Assembly (NCBI GenBank): GCA_963718585.1
Contig: OY970357.1
Span: forward strand, 360,001 to 392,000
DNA: 32,000 bases
Direction of reading: 5' to 3'
Source: Candidatus Saccharimonadota bacterium
GTDB taxonomy: Bacteria; Patescibacteriota; Patescibacteriia; 2-12-FULL-60-25
Part shown: positions 30,392 to 32,000 of the stretch, in pieces
How positions within the stretch are numbered: the stretch's first letter is position 1
Layout: every line of letters starts with the position of its first letter
Notes under the pieces: generated by a model
Told to the model about the DNA's origin: nothing
Seen by the model: the letters and a program-made list of their open reading frames with translations, nothing else
The model's database searches: none
Position numbers and translations under genes: made by a program

Positions 30392-31159
30392 TCACTTGGT
30401 CGCGAGTTCCTGATCGATCGCCGCCTTGATCTGCGCGTATGGGACCGCGCCCACGATCGGCTTGCCATCGATGAAGACCGTCGGTGTCCCGTTCACGCCC
30501 GCGGCCTCCCCGTCGGAAAGATCTTTTTGGACGTTGCTCGCGTATTTGTGCGAGTTGAGACATGATGTGAATTTGGCCTTGTCCATGCCCAGGTCCGTGG
30601 CGTATTTGATGAGATTGTCGTTGGAATAATAGGCTGTATTGCTCTCATCCGCCTGGTTCTCGTACATCCAGTCATGGAACTTCCAGAACTGTCCCTGTTC
30701 GTTGGCGCATTCAGCGGCTTCAGATGCGGCTGTGGATTCCGGGCCAAGGAAGGCAAAACTCCGGAAGTAGAATGCGACCTTCCCGGTATTGACGTAGTCC
30801 TTCACGAGGCTCTTTTCTGCGTCCTGATAGAATCGTTCGCAGTACGGACAACGGAGGTCCGCAAATTCAACGATCGTGACTTTCGCATTCTTATCACCAA
30901 GGACCGGGAAATCACCGGTACCAAGGTTCGAAACGACCTGTGGGGTGGTCGGTTGGGCGGCGGTCGGTGCTGACGGAGCGGCGGTCGGGGCAGCCGGGGC
31001 GTTGGCACTGGCTCCCATTGAGAGGCCGCCTCCCTGGAGGAGGATCGTCAAAAGGATGATGAATCCGAGGGTTCCCATCACGAGGATCGACGTGACGAAT
31101 CCCAAGATGAGTGCGGATTTGCTGTCGAGGAGGTCGAACAGCTTCTTGCCTTCAGGCAT
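30392..31159 (-). CDS. Signal-anchored DsbA-family thiol:disulfide oxidoreductase
   Basis: N-terminal TM helix, Ala/Pro/Thr linker, and a thioredoxin fold with LRCPYCERF (CPYC). Confidence 0.8.
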   Translation of the reverse strand: MPEGKKLFDLLDSKSALILGFVTSILVMGTLGFIILLTILLQGGGLSMGASANAPAAPTAAPSAPTAAQPTTPQVVSNLGTGDFPVLGDKNAKVTIVEFADLRCPYCERFYQDAEKSLVKDYVNTGKVAFYFRSFAFLGPESTAASEAAECANEQGQFWKFHDWMYENQADESNTAYYSNDNLIKYATDLGMDKAKFTSCLNSHKYASNVQKDLSDGEAAGVNGTPTVFIDGKPIVGAVPYAQIKAAIDQELATK

Positions 31160-31220
31160 AGGCGTAAGATCGGGCAGGTAAGATGAATAGGTCGTGCGTA
31201 TACGCTGTTATAGCATATGG

Positions 31221-31985
31221 TCACATATAATTCAGCAAGCGGTCATAGTTCACGCCCCGGAAGAGCGAAAAGGCGATGTTGTTCCAGACGGCCAGATTCC
31301 CGGTCACGAGGAGGACTCCCAAAAAGACGATGAACGCCCCACTGGCGACGGTCACGACCCCGAGCGTACGCGTGAATCGTTGGAGAACGCGACTGGCTTG
31401 GCCGATCCCAAGGGCGGTGAGAAGGAAGGGGGTCGCAAGACCGGCCGAGAACACGAGGAGGAGCAAGCCGCCGCTCAAAGCCGTCGTCGAGGTCGACGCG
31501 AGGAGGAGGATCGTCCCGAGGATCGGACCGACGCATGGGGTCCACGCGAGGGCGAATGATGCGCCGAAGATGAATGAACTAAGAGGCTTACCCGGCGTCA
31601 GTCCTCGCACGGTCGGGAGCCGGCGTTCCATATCCATCCATCTGAACCACTTATGATCAAAGACGTTCATCAAATACAGACCGAAGAAGATCACGAGGAT
31701 CCCGCCGATCCGTTCGAGCCAGATCCGTTGCGCGCCGAGGGCGATCCCGCCGGCGCTGAAAAGCAGGCCGAACCCGACGAAAATGGTCGTAAAGCCAATA
31801 ACGTACATGAGCCCGTTCAAAAAGATCCGCCAGCGTATCATCGGAGCTTTTTTCGGGTCTTGAAGGTCTTTAAGCGATGTTCCGCTGATGAAGACGAGAT
31901 ATCCCGGAACGAGCGGAAGGGTGCACGGCGCAAGGAATGTCAAAAAGCCTGCGATATAGGCAGGGATGATCAGCGTCGTCGGCAT
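31221..31985 (-). CDS. ccdA: CcdA/DsbD-family transmembrane thiol-disulfide electron transporter
   Basis: LAPCTLPLVPGYL and WTPCVGPILG (the two conserved Cys helices), about 6 or more TM helices. It lies upstream of the DsbA-like gene on the same strand. Confidence 0.85.
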   Translation of the reverse strand: MPTTLIIPAYIAGFLTFLAPCTLPLVPGYLVFISGTSLKDLQDPKKAPMIRWRIFLNGLMYVIGFTTIFVGFGLLFSAGGIALGAQRIWLERIGGILVIFFGLYLMNVFDHKWFRWMDMERRLPTVRGLTPGKPLSSFIFGASFALAWTPCVGPILGTILLLASTSTTALSGGLLLLVFSAGLATPFLLTALGIGQASRVLQRFTRTLGVVTVASGAFIVFLGVLLVTGNLAVWNNIAFSLFRGVNYDRLLNYM

Positions 31986-32000
31986 ACGGGTCGTGCGGAA

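Noticed and set aside
31160-31220. An ATGCTATAAC element between ccdA and the DsbA-like gene, considered as an internal promoter.
   Set aside because: There is no acceptable -35 at 16-19 nt and no terminator after ccdA. Co-transcription of the two genes is the simpler reading.

Overview
GC-rich, tightly packed bacterial chromosomal window with about 46 protein-coding genes on both strands. I found no rRNA, tRNA, CRISPR array, transposase or integrase. Confident housekeeping calls: class II ribonucleotide reductase nrdJ (runs off the left edge, so it is absent from the ORF track), typA/bipA, greA, msrB, a beta-CASP RNA hydrolase, an M23 peptidase, DedA, and the DsbA/CcdA pair. Between these sit many redox or envelope modules: NDH-2 plus DoxX, a blue-copper lipoprotein plus a FecR/Big_2 protein, a rhodanese, and a five-gene flavinylation operon. 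There are also many small orphan or membrane proteins. Expression signals are readable: sigma70-type promoters (three share one spacer core), recurrent TGnTAnnnT extended -10 boxes only 6-12 nt from start codons, eight 4-nt ATGA/GTGA gene overlaps, and clean hairpin-plus-U terminators. The best candidate for an undescribed system is the operon at 23319-26237: a sensor-like membrane protein, an FMN_bind flavinylation target, ApbE, a 77-aa two-helix His protein and an FNR-like reductase. It looks like a minimal NAD(P)H-to-outside electron conduit. Secondary candidates are a tandem, translationally coupled pair of orphan paralogs (19445-20163), a coupled pair of Cys-rich mini-proteins (29757-30280), a lytic-transglycosylase plus mini-membrane-protein cluster beside an AT-rich divergent promoter island (4482-6146), and a guanylate-kinase-like protein with a degenerate P-loop. 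Gene content and style fit a reduced-genome uncultivated bacterium (Patescibacteria/CPR-like), but that is inference only. All family assignments rest on motifs read by eye; no searches were run.
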